DNA of 64,000 nucleotides from a virus (Duplodnaviria; Heunggongvirae; Uroviricota; Caudoviricetes): positions 323,655-387,654 of IMG/VR virus record IMGVR_UViG_3300031998_000001; one strand, 5' to 3'. Positions 49,495 through 59,262 of this stretch are shown here, in pieces. The first letter of the stretch is position 1. Each line of letters opens with the position of its first letter. The notes beneath the pieces were generated by a model that made no database searches, was not told where the DNA came from, and saw only the letters and a program-made list of their open reading frames with translations. The position numbers and the translations under genes were made by a program.

Positions 49495-52002
49495 ATGGCT
49501 ATTGATAGTAACATTGCAAAGATGAACATTCGTTCAGCGGGAACGAAGCGTATGGAGATAGACCAGACCATACAGAATTCTCCATCTACCGTCCCGACGA
49601 ATGTCCGTATGCTTGTGGGCTTCTCGAAGCAGGGTCCAGTCAACCGCCCGATATACATAAGGAACTCAAAGGAGTTCGTCGAGACATTCGGGAACATTGA
49701 CCGCACATTGGAGAACCGTGGGTGCTACTTCCACCGTTCCGCGCTTGCTATGCTTGAGGTTTCGCCTATATACTGCCTTAACCTTTTCAAGCCGCTTGAG
49801 GGGGACAGCGTTGATGTGCTTGACTTCTCGTTAAGCCCGACCAACAGGATGAACAACACCGACCAGAGCAGTGCGCAGACTATTCTTGGATACTCCTACA
49901 AGGGGATGTATAACATCGATACCGTCTGGACACCAGACGAGGAATGTATGCTCTTCACCGTAGGACGCGGGATAGAATGGAATGATGGCACGAGCGAGGC
50001 TGGAATGGGTAAACTCACCAACAACCTCCTTACCTTCACCAATATCGGCAAGAAGCCTATCTCCGTTCTCGTAACGAAGGCAGCGAAGGAAAATGTGAAG
50101 AACTGCGACATCACCGCAGTCGAATGGTTCGGCAAGGGTAATGTTCCAGACTATATCCGCGAGGAAAGTTACATAAGTGACTTCTATGTCGATGTCTATG
50201 TATTCGACGGAAAGTGGGGCGGAGAGGCTAACGAGGACGGTATGCCTTACAAACGCTTCGCAAGCGACATCAAGTTCTCGAAGTATTTTGACCCAGTGAA
50301 GGGCTTGAAGCGCAAGGCTAACGCAAAGGACAACACCGATACGATGCTCTACTCGTTCCTTAACGAAAGCGATGTAACATTGCTCGGCAAGTACACTGGC
50401 TGCCTCATACCGGGCTTTGTTGACAAGCGCGGAAGGGATGTCTATATCGAGCGTATGATTAACAACGACACCGACAAGAACGGTCTTATGTGTGCGGTAA
50501 ACGAAGCCGTGTTCGGAAATATTCCTTTCGGGACTTATGCAGACGGCTCGCAGACTGGCTACGATATGGTCGGACACACAATCAACTACGGAGATGACGC
50601 TGAAAGCATCGACATCGAGTTCCTTGCATACAAGATGAACAAGGAGGACTATGACATCAACAACTACCGCGAGGTTATACCTACCGTAAGCGGTGAAGAA
50701 CTCGGCATTGAAGTCAAGGACAACGAGTTCCTCATCACAAAGGAAACGGAAGGCGTTAGTGTCGGCGACTATGTTGTAAGCAACACGGAGGAGGGCAATC
50801 GCCGTCTCGCCCGCGTGGTTACAATTCAGGGAAGGTCGGCAGAGGGAAGCGATGAGGTCGAGTACAAACTCGTAACCTGCTCGTCAACCGTTTACAGGAC
50901 ACCCGACAGCGATATGGCTGTAATCAAGGTGAAGGCTCTCACCGACTGGTTCACACACTACCAGATTTTCAACCTCAACGGATTTACCCTTACGGCTTCA
51001 CACCAGCCGAACGGAACTAACACACGCCAGCACGAAATATTGGGCGTGCTTGAGGAAGGCAGCAAGGACAGCAACTTGTTCAAGGCTCTTACCGACCGCA
51101 CATTCATCCGTTTCAGGTACTTGGTTGACAGTTTCGGCTTCGGTATCGAGGAGTCCTGCAAGGACACATATACCAAACTCTGCAACAAGCGCAAGTCGGC
51201 ACTCGCGATAATCAATGTTCCTTCGTGCGCTGACTTCAAGAACAGCCCAGACCCAGTGTTCACGGACGAAAGCGGAAGCGTAAGCGCGGAACTCATCGCG
51301 CAGGGAGGCGATATGACGAAGAACCCGTCATTCCTTTTCAGCCTGCCGAGCGAACTTGACGGGGCGACCTACGGTGCTTACTACTATCCGTACCTGAAGA
51401 TTTACACGAACTACTCGGTAATCAATGTTCCGCCTGCGGCTTATGTTTCCAACAACTACATCACGAAGTACGGCAAAGGTCGTGCTTGGGAAAGCGTTGC
51501 TGGTGAAAAGCGCGGTGTATTGCGCGGAAACGGCATAATCGGAACGGAGGCGAGCCTCATCGAAGACCACCGCAACTACCTCGAACCGATTGGCATCAAC
51601 TCGATTATCTACCGCGACGGTATCGGCTGTGAAATCTATGCTAACCGCACGGCAAAGCAGAAACCCGAAAGCGCACTTTCGAGCATCAGCGTCCGCGAGG
51701 TCTGCATCTACATCGAGGACGAAATCGAGAACATACTTGAAAGTTACCTGTTCGACAACAACACCGCGCAGACACGCCTTGAAATCAAGACGCTCGTTGA
51801 CAACTTCCTGCAAGGTGTTGCCGACTGCGGTGGTATCATCGCGTTCAAGACTGTAATGGACACCTCGAACAACACTCCTGAAATCATTGCGAAGAAGATG
51901 GGTGTTATTGATGTGTTTATCGAGGCAGCAGAGCCGATGGACATTTTGATTCAGCGCGTAACTATCGTTAAATCAGGACAGATAGAGAGCAGTGGCTTCT
52001 AA
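49495..52002 (+). CDS. contractile tail sheath protein (gp18-like)
   Basis: VGFSKQGPVNRP..I....F...FG; VPPAAYV, W..VAG..RG, INSI, LS.I.VRE, FD.N...TR, MD..NNT. Confidence 0.92.
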   Translation: MAIDSNIAKMNIRSAGTKRMEIDQTIQNSPSTVPTNVRMLVGFSKQGPVNRPIYIRNSKEFVETFGNIDRTLENRGCYFHRSALAMLEVSPIYCLNLFKPLEGDSVDVLDFSLSPTNRMNNTDQSSAQTILGYSYKGMYNIDTVWTPDEECMLFTVGRGIEWNDGTSEAGMGKLTNNLLTFTNIGKKPISVLVTKAAKENVKNCDITAVEWFGKGNVPDYIREESYISDFYVDVYVFDGKWGGEANEDGMPYKRFASDIKFSKYFDPVKGLKRKANAKDNTDTMLYSFLNESDVTLLGKYTGCLIPGFVDKRGRDVYIERMINNDTDKNGLMCAVNEAVFGNIPFGTYADGSQTGYDMVGHTINYGDDAESIDIEFLAYKMNKEDYDINNYREVIPTVSGEELGIEVKDNEFLITKETEGVSVGDYVVSNTEEGNRRLARVVTIQGRSAEGSDEVEYKLVTCSSTVYRTPDSDMAVIKVKALTDWFTHYQIFNLNGFTLTASHQPNGTNTRQHEILGVLEEGSKDSNLFKALTDRTFIRFRYLVDSFGFGIEESCKDTYTKLCNKRKSALAIINVPSCADFKNSPDPVFTDESGSVSAELIAQGGDMTKNPSFLFSLPSELDGATYGAYYYPYLKIYTNYSVINVPPAAYVSNNYITKYGKGRAWESVAGEKRGVLRGNGIIGTEASLIEDHRNYLEPIGINSIIYRDGIGCEIYANRTAKQKPESALSSISVREVCIYIEDEIENILESYLFDNNTAQTRLEIKTLVDNFLQGVADCGGIIAFKTVMDTSNNTPEIIAKKMGVIDVFIEAAEPMDILIQRVTIVKSGQIESSGF

Positions 52003-52090
52003 TCTTCGGATTTTTTTCATAACGATATGTAGCAAGATTTCTATAATTTTATTACCTTTGCCCCGAATGAAAGTTCGGGGCTTTTTTTAC

Positions 52091-52571
52091 ATAAAGTATC
52101 GTGAAAGATTCCTCCATTTATGGTGGAATATGAAACGATACTTTAATTCATTTATAATATATTGGAAATATTAGAAATTTCATCTAACCTTGATTTTCTA
52201 TGTAATGCTTTAATGTCTCTTCGCTTACATCGCCTACACTTGAACAGAAATAACCCCGTGTCCATAGGTGGTGCTTTCCGCTCCAGTACCATTTGCCCAT
52301 ATAGTCGAAATGCTCCCGCCAAGCATAGTATGTCGATACCTGCTTTAACTTGTGTATAATCTCGAACGGTGTGCAAGTAGGCGTTGCCCGTATAAGAAAA
52401 TGAATGTGGTCACATTTCACTTTGTCAATCTCCATAACCTCGTAGGTGTGGGACGCACCGATGTAAAGCGCGTGGAGATGCGGGCAATGATTGACAATGC
52501 AATCAGGTGTTGCAATCAACCTGAATCAGTGAAGCGCGAAGCACCCGTTCTTTAGAACGGGGGTAGTTCAC
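52091..52571. mobile_element. internally deleted IS200/IS605 element (truncated tnpA plus tnpB 3' tail/omegaRNA)
   Basis: Left hairpin TTCCTCCAT..ATGGTGGAA; right end CCCGTTCT-TT-AGAACGGG-GGTAGTTCAC; ends approximate. Confidence 0.75.
52184..52445 (-). pseudogene. tnpA: IS200-family Y1 transposase, 5'-truncated
   Basis: DHIHFLI (HUH), LWTRGYF.SSVG, YIENQG; N-terminus missing. Confidence 0.85.
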
Positions 52572-52590
52572 ATACAGGTATTCATTTTCT
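52441..52590 (+). ncRNA. orphan IS605-type omegaRNA remnant
   Basis: Encodes a TnpB-tail-like peptide VGVGRTDVKRVE...SVKREAPVL*; canonical right-end hairpin. Confidence 0.55.
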
Positions 52591-52826
52591 TCTTCACAGA
52601 GGATGAATAGTAAAAATCAAGACTTTTGAATGATTTGATATTTATCTGATAATCAGCAAAATGAATGTACGGTATTTTTTAGCCGTTCTTCATTTTGCGT
52701 CATTTTAAGCCAAAATATGCTTGCTTATCCCCGATTGCTTGCGGTAACTTGCCGTAATGACGGTTGCGCATATATTGCATCTTTCGGTTTTTTCTTATAT
52801 ATAAATAATGTATAGTGTTTTAGGAT

Positions 52827-54560
52827 ATGGCTAAAAAACCGACAATAGACGGAAGGAAATATGTGCAGTTGACGGATAATGTCCTGCTCGAATACATATA
52901 TGTATGCGACAGGTATTCCGCAGGCGATGACGAAACCGCCACCGAAGACAACGGTAGCATAAATGACGACCTGATTGGCATTGATGCCAACGGGGAGTTT
53001 GTCGGCACATACGCGAAGTCGGAACACGAATCGTTGGGTACATACGGCTCGTGCCTTGCGGGTAACAAGTACACTGGGGAACTTTACTTCTGCAACACCG
53101 AGAACATAGAGGAATGGACTAAAAATACGCTCTCCACTATGATACTCCCAGCCAACACTGGTCAGACAAAGTGGGTGGAGTGCAAGAAGAAGAACGGAAA
53201 ATACTATACCGAGTACGACAACTACTGGAGTTGGGGTACTGACGGGGACACCATACCGCACAGGCTTATCAGCGGGGACAGTGACATTAGGCTGACGGAG
53301 TTCGCCCACGACGAGTACATTGTCTATGACATAGTGAGGGTGTGGTTTCAGAGCGGATATGTGAGCGGGTATGACGGCTGGGTTCTCAACACATTTACGA
53401 AGGACAAGAAGAACAGGTATGTCAACCTCGCCTGCAAGGTGCTTATGAACACGGACAGTCTGAAGGTCGCAAGCGACCCGCTGTGGTTCAACGACAGGCT
53501 CTACAACAACTACATAGAGTGGAGGCAGCCTTCGGTTGCCCAGATGTCTATGGTCGGGTGGAGCGATTCAATCGTTGCCAGCGGGTGGGCGGAGAAGCCC
53601 ACCGAGCACAGCGAGGGGCACGCATACGACAAGGGCAATCCGCCAGAGTACACCCTGCCGTGGTACTTGACGAGGGGGGACGGCTTCGGGAACAATCCGT
53701 ATATCGGCTTTGAACTCTTCGGTATCGGTGGCACATATACGGAGGACACATACGGATACCCCTGCCGAGTAACTTCACTGCTTACGAGCAGTATGATACC
53801 GAACAGGCAACTCAACGACAACATAATTGCCCGTGTGGGCGAGGACACCGACAACGGCGACTACATCGAACTCTACGGGTACTACATAAAGGATAATGTC
53901 CAGAAGTACGAGCCTTTCAGCCTCTACGAGTGGCTTCGGGACTACGGTGCTGGCGAGTTTACATTCGTACACCAGATTGTAGTTACGGAGAACTGCGTGG
54001 ATGTTACCGACAACTCTGTTGTGTCATATACGCACACCCCGATTTCATACATACAGACTTGGGAGGAACTGACGGAACTTGACGAGAGGAACATAGACCC
54101 GCGCATACGCTTCCGCCCGATACTCGAACACACTGGGGAGATGCTCAACGACAACTGCGGTGCTACGGTAAGTTATGTCCTCCGAATTATGAACCACAGG
54201 GACAACACGAGCATAATAAAGACGGCTTCGTACAGCATAATAGACCCGAAACGCTACGGGCTTCGCTTGAACAGCGTTGATGTGGAGGGAGTGAACAACC
54301 TTCATATCTACAACAGGATAGAGGTCGTTGACGGCGTTCAGGTGAACGGCGGAAGCACGAACCCCATCGGGGAGGGCAACGCCTCAAGGGTTGTGGTCAA
54401 CAAGTTCGTCACCTCATCGTTCATAGACAGGAGGAACATAAAGGTCAGCATATCGCCAGTCGGGATAGTGGACGACAAGACGCAGGCGAGCAGGGCGAGC
54501 GCAACGAGGTCTGGCAGTAACGATACTTCAAGGGTTGGCAACAGTTCAACGAAATCCTGA
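52827..54560 (+). CDS. probable structural protein; last codons supplied by the inserted element
   Basis: TATAAATA upstream; the element begins at 54535. Confidence 0.7.
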   Translation: MAKKPTIDGRKYVQLTDNVLLEYIYVCDRYSAGDDETATEDNGSINDDLIGIDANGEFVGTYAKSEHESLGTYGSCLAGNKYTGELYFCNTENIEEWTKNTLSTMILPANTGQTKWVECKKKNGKYYTEYDNYWSWGTDGDTIPHRLISGDSDIRLTEFAHDEYIVYDIVRVWFQSGYVSGYDGWVLNTFTKDKKNRYVNLACKVLMNTDSLKVASDPLWFNDRLYNNYIEWRQPSVAQMSMVGWSDSIVASGWAEKPTEHSEGHAYDKGNPPEYTLPWYLTRGDGFGNNPYIGFELFGIGGTYTEDTYGYPCRVTSLLTSSMIPNRQLNDNIIARVGEDTDNGDYIELYGYYIKDNVQKYEPFSLYEWLRDYGAGEFTFVHQIVVTENCVDVTDNSVVSYTHTPISYIQTWEELTELDERNIDPRIRFRPILEHTGEMLNDNCGATVSYVLRIMNHRDNTSIIKTASYSIIDPKRYGLRLNSVDVEGVNNLHIYNRIEVVDGVQVNGGSTNPIGEGNASRVVVNKFVTSSFIDRRNIKVSISPVGIVDDKTQASRASATRSGSNDTSRVGNSSTKS

Positions 54561-55874
54561 TAAAAACTATGAATAGTTATTAAAATCAGGCAACATATAA
54601 ATAATATGATGTTACGGGCGTTGAAGATACGGCTATATCCGAACGGGGAACAGCAGACCAAGATGAACAAGGTCTTGGGCTGCTATCGGTTTGTATATAA
54701 CCAGTGCCTTGAACGGAAGATAAGTGCATATAAGGACGAAGGTGCTTCGTTAGGTCTGACCGACCTGTCCAAGTGGTTTCACGGAACACTGCTCAAGGAC
54801 GACAACTATATTTGGCTTCGTGAACAGAACACGAAGGTTATGAAACAGGCAATCCGACAGATGCTCACGGCATATACCAACTTCTTCAAGTTGCATAGGG
54901 GCTTTCCGAAGTTCAAGAGCAAGCACGACACAATCCTGTCTGCATTATTTCCATTGGAAGCCATATCGTCCCGTAATACATTCGACGATAGAAAGATAAC
55001 ATTAACTAAAGATTTAAGCAATATTCGTTTCAGGTGCTCCAAGTTATACCACAACAGGTTAAAGGCGTATAAGGGCAATATAAGAATCGCAACCCTGTCG
55101 AGAACCAAGACTGGCAAGTATTTTTTATTCGTCCTTATGGACATTCCAGACGATGAACTTATACGGTTCAGGAAGACTGGAAATGCCGTGGGCATAGACT
55201 TGGGCGTAAAGGACTTTGTTATAACGAGCGACGGGGAAGTGTTTGAAAACAGGCACTTCTTCAATAGAACCGAGCACAGGATTAAGGTCTTGCAGAAACA
55301 ACTGTGCAGGAAGGTCAAGGGTTCTAACAACCGTATGAAGCAAAGGATACGGCTTGCAACCGCCTATGAACGGCTGGCGAACCAGCGCGAAGCCTACATA
55401 CACTATGTCGTTAACTCGTTGCTGAAGGACTACGACACAATCTGTATGGAAGATTTGAATGTGCGCGGTATGCTCCGCAACCACAAACTTGCGAAGGCTA
55501 TCGCCGAAGTTGGCTTGTACAGGTTCAGAACCGTATTGACCGACAAGGCTGTGCTAAACGGCAAGAGCGTAGTCTTTGTCGATAGGTTCTATCCTTCGTC
55601 GAAGACCTGTTCCGTATGCGGTTATGTAAAGAAGGACTTGACGCTCAAGGACAGGGAATGGACTTGTCCCGAATGCGGAACGCACCACGACCGAGATGTC
55701 AATGCCTCGGTAAACATCCTGAACGAAGGGAAGAGAATAATAGGCAGCCGTACTGCCGAATACAAGCCTGTGGACTGCCCGACTATGGATGACCGTTCAG
55801 CAATGAACCTAAAAAGTAGTGGCAGGGCGAAGCAGGAAGGGGATGCCTAACTTTTATTAGGTTTCTTCATACGG
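54535..55874 (+). mobile_element. non-autonomous tnpB-only element (IS607-like GG junctions), copy 1
   Basis: Left end TTGGCAACAGTTCAA after AGGG; right end ...CATACGG; both shared with copy 2. Confidence 0.8.
54606..55850 (+). CDS. tnpB: TnpB RNA-guided endonuclease
   Basis: KIRLYP, GIDLGVK, MEDLNV, PSSKTCSVCG, CPECG, HDRDVNAS; D-E-D intact. Confidence 0.95.
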   Translation: MMLRALKIRLYPNGEQQTKMNKVLGCYRFVYNQCLERKISAYKDEGASLGLTDLSKWFHGTLLKDDNYIWLREQNTKVMKQAIRQMLTAYTNFFKLHRGFPKFKSKHDTILSALFPLEAISSRNTFDDRKITLTKDLSNIRFRCSKLYHNRLKAYKGNIRIATLSRTKTGKYFLFVLMDIPDDELIRFRKTGNAVGIDLGVKDFVITSDGEVFENRHFFNRTEHRIKVLQKQLCRKVKGSNNRMKQRIRLATAYERLANQREAYIHYVVNSLLKDYDTICMEDLNVRGMLRNHKLAKAIAEVGLYRFRTVLTDKAVLNGKSVVFVDRFYPSSKTCSVCGYVKKDLTLKDREWTCPECGTHHDRDVNASVNILNEGKRIIGSRTAEYKPVDCPTMDDRSAMNLKSSGRAKQEGDA

Positions 55875-55891
55875 TAAGGAGATAGTTTGAT

Positions 55892-57130
55892 ATGGAAGAT
55901 AGTAGCAACATATTGTTTTCACTCAATTATTCAGCCGTCATATCGTTCATTGTGAATGACGGGGAAAAAAAGAAGGCGGAAAGTCGTTTCAGCACGATGG
56001 GGCTTGAAGTCGCCGAAATGAAGGACGCTCGCAACAGGTATTCTGTTTCGGTAGAGCCTTGCGCATACGCACGCTTCAAGTTGCTCGTGGCGGACATCAT
56101 AGGATATGTCCGCGAGCATTGCAGGGTTGACGGGAAGTGCAGGTTTGCCCTTACGATAGAGATGCCATCGGTGGAGGCTGGCAAGTTGGAGTTCGCCATA
56201 AACTACGGGCATACGAAGGACGATGAAACCCAGACGCTCAACAATTATTTCGGGGCGATGCTCCCGAAGGTCGATATGGGCGAGTATGAGTTCGGCTGGG
56301 CTGGCGTGTCGCCAGCGACGCTCGGCAACGATACTGTCCTTACCAACAACAACATCGACCGCCTTGTATATCCGCAGTACGAGATTGATATGCGGGAGTA
56401 CAATAACAGGAAGTTGACGCTTGTGTTCCCTTATGAAACGCAGTGGACTTCGATTTCTATGATTATCGACTACTTTGCGTCCTTTGCGACCGCCTGCGCT
56501 TCAAGGAAAATGGATATGGGCGGACTGAAGGCTCTCAACGCATTGAAGGAGAAGTTCAACAGGATAAGTTCCGATTTTTCGAGTTATGCGACATTCCGCA
56601 GGGCATACGGGGAGAAGTTCGCCGTTTCGATTGATATGGACGAAGAGCCGACATACATAGAGGCTTTCTTCTCTATGATAAAGCCAGAACTTTTCAGGAT
56701 ATATAATTTGCTGTGCCAGTGCAAGCCGAACGGGAGGAAGCGCATACACATCAACTACGATTCTGACGAGAGCCGCTGGCAGGTGAACTCCCTGAAGTCT
56801 GGTAAATACGGCATAGGCGATGTTCGCAACCTTGACATTGTAAATGCCGAACTGCAATTTTCAAACTTCTACGGGTGCAACCTAATGAACTGCAAGATAA
56901 GCGACTGCAACATACACGACGGTTCTCTCATAGGGACTTGCGAGATTTCCGACTGCACAATCAGCGGTTGCTACTTCGGGCAGGACACTACCGCGAAGGA
57001 GTGCCACATAGAGGCTAACAACACTATGGACGGAAAGGTGGAGAAGTCGGTCATCGGGGACAACAACTCATATACCGACAAGGCGGTGATTGACACGGAG
57101 AGCAGGAACAGGAACAACCGAAAAACATAA
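55892..57130 (+). CDS. hypothetical protein with C-terminal pentapeptide/beta-helix repeats
   Basis: C-x-I-S-D-C type repeats. Confidence 0.65.
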   Translation: MEDSSNILFSLNYSAVISFIVNDGEKKKAESRFSTMGLEVAEMKDARNRYSVSVEPCAYARFKLLVADIIGYVREHCRVDGKCRFALTIEMPSVEAGKLEFAINYGHTKDDETQTLNNYFGAMLPKVDMGEYEFGWAGVSPATLGNDTVLTNNNIDRLVYPQYEIDMREYNNRKLTLVFPYETQWTSISMIIDYFASFATACASRKMDMGGLKALNALKEKFNRISSDFSSYATFRRAYGEKFAVSIDMDEEPTYIEAFFSMIKPELFRIYNLLCQCKPNGRKRIHINYDSDESRWQVNSLKSGKYGIGDVRNLDIVNAELQFSNFYGCNLMNCKISDCNIHDGSLIGTCEISDCTISGCYFGQDTTAKECHIEANNTMDGKVEKSVIGDNNSYTDKAVIDTESRNRNNRKT

Positions 57131-57163
57131 AATATAAATATTATATAATACATATATTTCACA

Positions 57164-59224
57164 ATGAAGAAGAACAAACAGTTGATGATACTTGAGCGCA
57201 CCGAGTCCCTGCTTACCGAATGCGCGGGAAGCGGACAGGATGGCGTTATTCGTCTTTCTGGTGTGTTTACGAAGTTCAATGTGCTTAACGGCAACAACCG
57301 CATATATACCCCCGAAGGCTTCCTACCGAAGTTGCAGGAACTTATGCCCGCAATCGCTTCGGGTGCATTGCTTGGCGAACTCGACCACCCGAAGACCTTT
57401 GATGTAAGTTTGCAGAACGCAAGCCACGTCATAGAGAAGGTCGAGTATGACGAGGCTAACCAGCAGGTCATCGGAACGATAAGGCTGCTCAATACCGACG
57501 CTGGTCGTCAGGCGCAGGCACTTGTCCGCGACGGTATTCCGTTGCACATATCTTCCCGTGCGGCTGGAAATGTTGACCCCGCCACCAACAAGGTTACGCT
57601 CGACAAGTTGTTTACATACGACTTGGTGGCGACCCCGGGCTTCTCCGAAGCGGTACTCCACCGTGTAAACGAGTCATACGGGTTCTCGAACTCTGGGAAC
57701 ATTGCCATCTATGAGATGGACGAAATTAACGAAGCAGGAAATAACAAAGAATATAATAATACCATTATGAGTAATAGCACGGATAATCACGTCACGACAA
57801 AGGATTTCCAGAAGTACACCGAATATATCGGCGGAGTTGTCGGTCAGTTGAGGGAATCCCTTGAGAATGTAAAGGCTGAATTGAAGAGAGGTTCGAGCGC
57901 ACTTCCAGAAAGTCTCGAAGGCTATCTCGACCACCTCGCAGAAGGCATCAACAAGACACAGGAGCACAGCGACTACCTCGCGGAGCAGTTGGAAAAGACC
58001 ATCAACAGGGGTGGCAGTTCAAGTGCGCTCGAAGAGAAGGTCAACGCCCTCATCAAGCACAACAACTACCTCGCGGAACAGTTGGAAAAGACCATCAGGT
58101 ACAGCGAGTATGTGGCGGAAAACCTCAACAACACGCAGAAGCACAGCGACTACCTCGCGGAGCAGTTGGAAAAGACCGCCAACCACAGCGACTACCTCGC
58201 GGAGCAACTTGAAAAGACCGCCAACCACAGCGACTATCTCGCGGAGCAGTTGGAAAAGGGCATAGGCTATACCGAATATGTTGCCGAGAGTCTTGACAAC
58301 TCGGTTAAGCACAACGATTATCTCGTTGACAACCTCAACGCGATGTGCAAGCACAGCGACTATGTTGTGGAAAATATGAACAAGATGTGCGAGCATCAGG
58401 ACTACCTCGCGGAGAAGTTGGAGCAGAACTTCGCACACAACGACTACCTCGCGGAGAAACTCGGACAGAACTTCGCACACAACGACTATCTTGCGGAGGA
58501 ACTCAACAAGTCCAACGCATACAGCGCATATATCGCTGAAAGCCTTGACAAGACCTGCCAGCACAACGACTACCTCGCAGAGCAGTTGGAGGCAACGGCA
58601 AACCACGGTGACTACCTCGCGGAGCAGTTGGAGAACGGCATCAACGGCAAGGCAATCAACGAAGGCTGGTCGGAACGCCGTCCTTCTATGATAATCGAGG
58701 GCAAGACCAACGAGTCGTACAAGGCTAACCTTGACGCTAAACTCGATGCCCTTATCTCGAAGGTCAACACCACCGTAAAGGAAACCAACTTTATGGACTT
58801 CCTTTCGGAGAACAGGCAGAAGGAGTTCTACTCGCTTGACGATGAAACAAGGGGTATGATTACCGAAGCGATGAAGGGTGTAAAGAACGCTGAACAGGCT
58901 GCTACCGTATGGCGCAGGGTATATGAAAGCAAGAAGGGGCTTGACATCGTTGAGAATATGCCTGAACAGTTCAGGGCTAAATGGGAAGCATTGAGCGACC
59001 AGCGCAAGGGCGAATTGCTCGAAGAGGCGAAGTTCTACAAACTCAACAGTGCGAACGAAATCGCTTATTTCTGGCAGACACGCGATATGCGTGAGACCAA
59101 GCAGATTGTTGAACGCCTTGACACCGACAGTGCGCGTATGTGGAACACCGAAGCCAATATGAAGGAGCAGAACGACTACATCGGCAGCATTATGGGTCAG
59201 GTAAAACGCAGAATGGGGTGCTAA
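57164..59224 (+). CDS. prohead protease (T4 gp21-like) fused to a repetitive scaffold domain
   Basis: NGNNRIY, GELDHP, SHVI, ISSRAAG, YDLVATPGF; then 14-aa H(S/N)DYLAEQLEKT repeats. Confidence 0.9.
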   Translation: MKKNKQLMILERTESLLTECAGSGQDGVIRLSGVFTKFNVLNGNNRIYTPEGFLPKLQELMPAIASGALLGELDHPKTFDVSLQNASHVIEKVEYDEANQQVIGTIRLLNTDAGRQAQALVRDGIPLHISSRAAGNVDPATNKVTLDKLFTYDLVATPGFSEAVLHRVNESYGFSNSGNIAIYEMDEINEAGNNKEYNNTIMSNSTDNHVTTKDFQKYTEYIGGVVGQLRESLENVKAELKRGSSALPESLEGYLDHLAEGINKTQEHSDYLAEQLEKTINRGGSSSALEEKVNALIKHNNYLAEQLEKTIRYSEYVAENLNNTQKHSDYLAEQLEKTANHSDYLAEQLEKTANHSDYLAEQLEKGIGYTEYVAESLDNSVKHNDYLVDNLNAMCKHSDYVVENMNKMCEHQDYLAEKLEQNFAHNDYLAEKLGQNFAHNDYLAEELNKSNAYSAYIAESLDKTCQHNDYLAEQLEATANHGDYLAEQLENGINGKAINEGWSERRPSMIIEGKTNESYKANLDAKLDALISKVNTTVKETNFMDFLSENRQKEFYSLDDETRGMITEAMKGVKNAEQAATVWRRVYESKKGLDIVENMPEQFRAKWEALSDQRKGELLEEAKFYKLNSANEIAYFWQTRDMRETKQIVERLDTDSARMWNTEANMKEQNDYIGSIMGQVKRRMGC
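57920..58640 (+). repeat. coding tandem repeat, 42-bp period
   Basis: CACAGCGACTACCTCGCGGAGCAGTTGGAAAAGACC variants, roughly 15 units. Confidence 0.85.
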
Positions 59225-59262
59225 CGCACTCCGTTCCAAATGCGGATTTAATAATAGATTTT

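Noticed and set aside
54535-54605. IStron (group I intron) explanation for the tnpB insertions in genes
   Set aside because: Only ~70 nt lie between the left end and tnpB, too short for a group I ribozyme core
55892-57130. Amidoligase (COOH-NH2 ligase) assignment
   Set aside because: The expected GxExE, HxH and EFR motifs are not visible; a profile search would be needed
57920-58640. 42-bp periodic repeat as a CRISPR array
   Set aside because: It is an in-frame coding repeat with no unique spacers and no cas genes
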